From contig SHMW01000002.1 in assembly GCA_008080735.1 (NCBI GenBank), positions 54,285 to 118,284 on the forward strand: DNA of 64,000 nucleotides. Reading direction: 5' to 3'. A program made the position numbers and the translations under genes. This DNA is from Promethearchaeota archaeon. GTDB lineage: Archaea > Asgardarchaeota > Lokiarchaeia > Sigyniarchaeales > SOKP01. This document shows positions 63,188 through 64,000 of this stretch, piece after piece; positions within the stretch are counted from its first letter, which is position 1, and each line of letters opens with the position of its first letter. A model generated the notes under the pieces. That model searched no databases and had not been told where the DNA came from. It worked only from the letters and a program-made list of their open reading frames with translations.

Positions 63188-63919
63188 TTATTCTAATTTG
63201 TTCCGTATCCATTTTGGTAATGCCAATCCCAGATAAAGAAAGAGGAATAAAGCCATAATGCAAATCCTAACGGGGATAAGAAGGTATTGATCTGTAATGA
63301 TACTATCTACAATAGCAAATATATAGAGTGAAAACCCAATTATTAAAAATCGTCCACGCCATTTAAGATCCCTTTGGTCTGATTCTAAGGCCCTTCTTCC
63401 AAGATGAATACCTGTAATTATTACAGCAATGCTAATAAGTATCGCAACAATAAGGATAAATCCCTGATAATAATGATCCAATTCAGTTTGATTTACTACT
63501 GGTAATAATTCTTTGACGGGAGTTCCAGTTGGTAAGAAAAGGGTATATATGATAAGTATATCAGATATTATTATAAAAATCCCCGTAATCACAATAATCT
63601 GATTTCTTCTTTTTTGATATACTAAATCAAGATAAATATATAACCAACTTAAAAACGCAATAGGATATAGTGTGGAACCAATTAAAATATAAGCAGCATC
63701 ATTTAGCACCAATTCTTGAGTAATTAACCAACTTAAATAATCAATTACTCCTGGTAACCAAGGGGTAATAGCAAGACTAAGTGTGATAAATACCAAATAT
63801 AAGGTTTTTTCTTTTGTTTGAAATGCGCGAATTAAGGTATGAGAAGCGAGCAAAATAACAAACACGACCGCAATCAACATAATTATCGCGTTTATTTGTA
63901 CGACTGGACTTAAACTCAT
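63188..63919 (-). CDS. Stand-alone 7TM membrane protein (paralog 3)
   Basis: Seven helices; RRALESD....KWRGRFLI; LPKW tail shared with paralog 1. Confidence 0.75.
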   Translation of the reverse strand: MSLSPVVQINAIIMLIAVVFVILLASHTLIRAFQTKEKTLYLVFITLSLAITPWLPGVIDYLSWLITQELVLNDAAYILIGSTLYPIAFLSWLYIYLDLVYQKRRNQIIVITGIFIIISDILIIYTLFLPTGTPVKELLPVVNQTELDHYYQGFILIVAILISIAVIITGIHLGRRALESDQRDLKWRGRFLIIGFSLYIFAIVDSIITDQYLLIPVRICIMALFLFLYLGLALPKWIRNKLE

Positions 63920-64000
63920 TTTTTATCTCTCTGCGCTATTTTTGAATTTTCTTTATAATTTTTTTCAAAATGTAATGGTATTTAATATTAGCATATTATC

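Noticed and set aside
1-64000. tRNA/rRNA genes and the many short opposite-strand ORFs in the track
   Set aside because: No cloverleaf or rRNA-like GC-rich segments were seen; the short ORFs overlap well-supported genes and lack motifs.

Overview
AT-rich archaeal chromosomal segment, most consistent with an Asgard archaeon (Lokiarchaeia-like). This assignment is an inference from a roadblock/LC7 protein, an MglA-like small GTPase, an LRR gene, stand-alone 7TM proteins and an archaeal-type metabolic repertoire together with DNA gyrase. Core and metabolic genes: gatB-gatA-asnS, cofE-like/folP, gyrB-gyrA, CorA, PiT/DUF47, a sugar/keto-acid catabolic cluster (GH5, KdgK, BKACE, SDRs, two Gfo/Idh/MocA proteins, M24 hydrolase) and a regulator-ADH-AOR-CCG-LutB-like redox cluster bracketed by three paralogous 7TM genes. 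The region ~42.3-52.8 kb is a rearrangement hotspot. (1) An internally deleted IS605-type element retains both ends and a probable omegaRNA scaffold. (2) A 250-bp ~97% direct repeat of the GTPase 3' end brackets a PIN toxin-antitoxin pair, twin micro-ORFs and a tnpB remnant. (3) An LRR gene appears split in register by a ~3.6 kb patchwork insert (IS630 internal fragment, intact surface protein gene, gene fragments), bounded by an imperfect 10-bp direct repeat and lacking transposon ends. No rRNA, tRNA or CRISPR array was seen. All family assignments are from motif recognition, not database searches.
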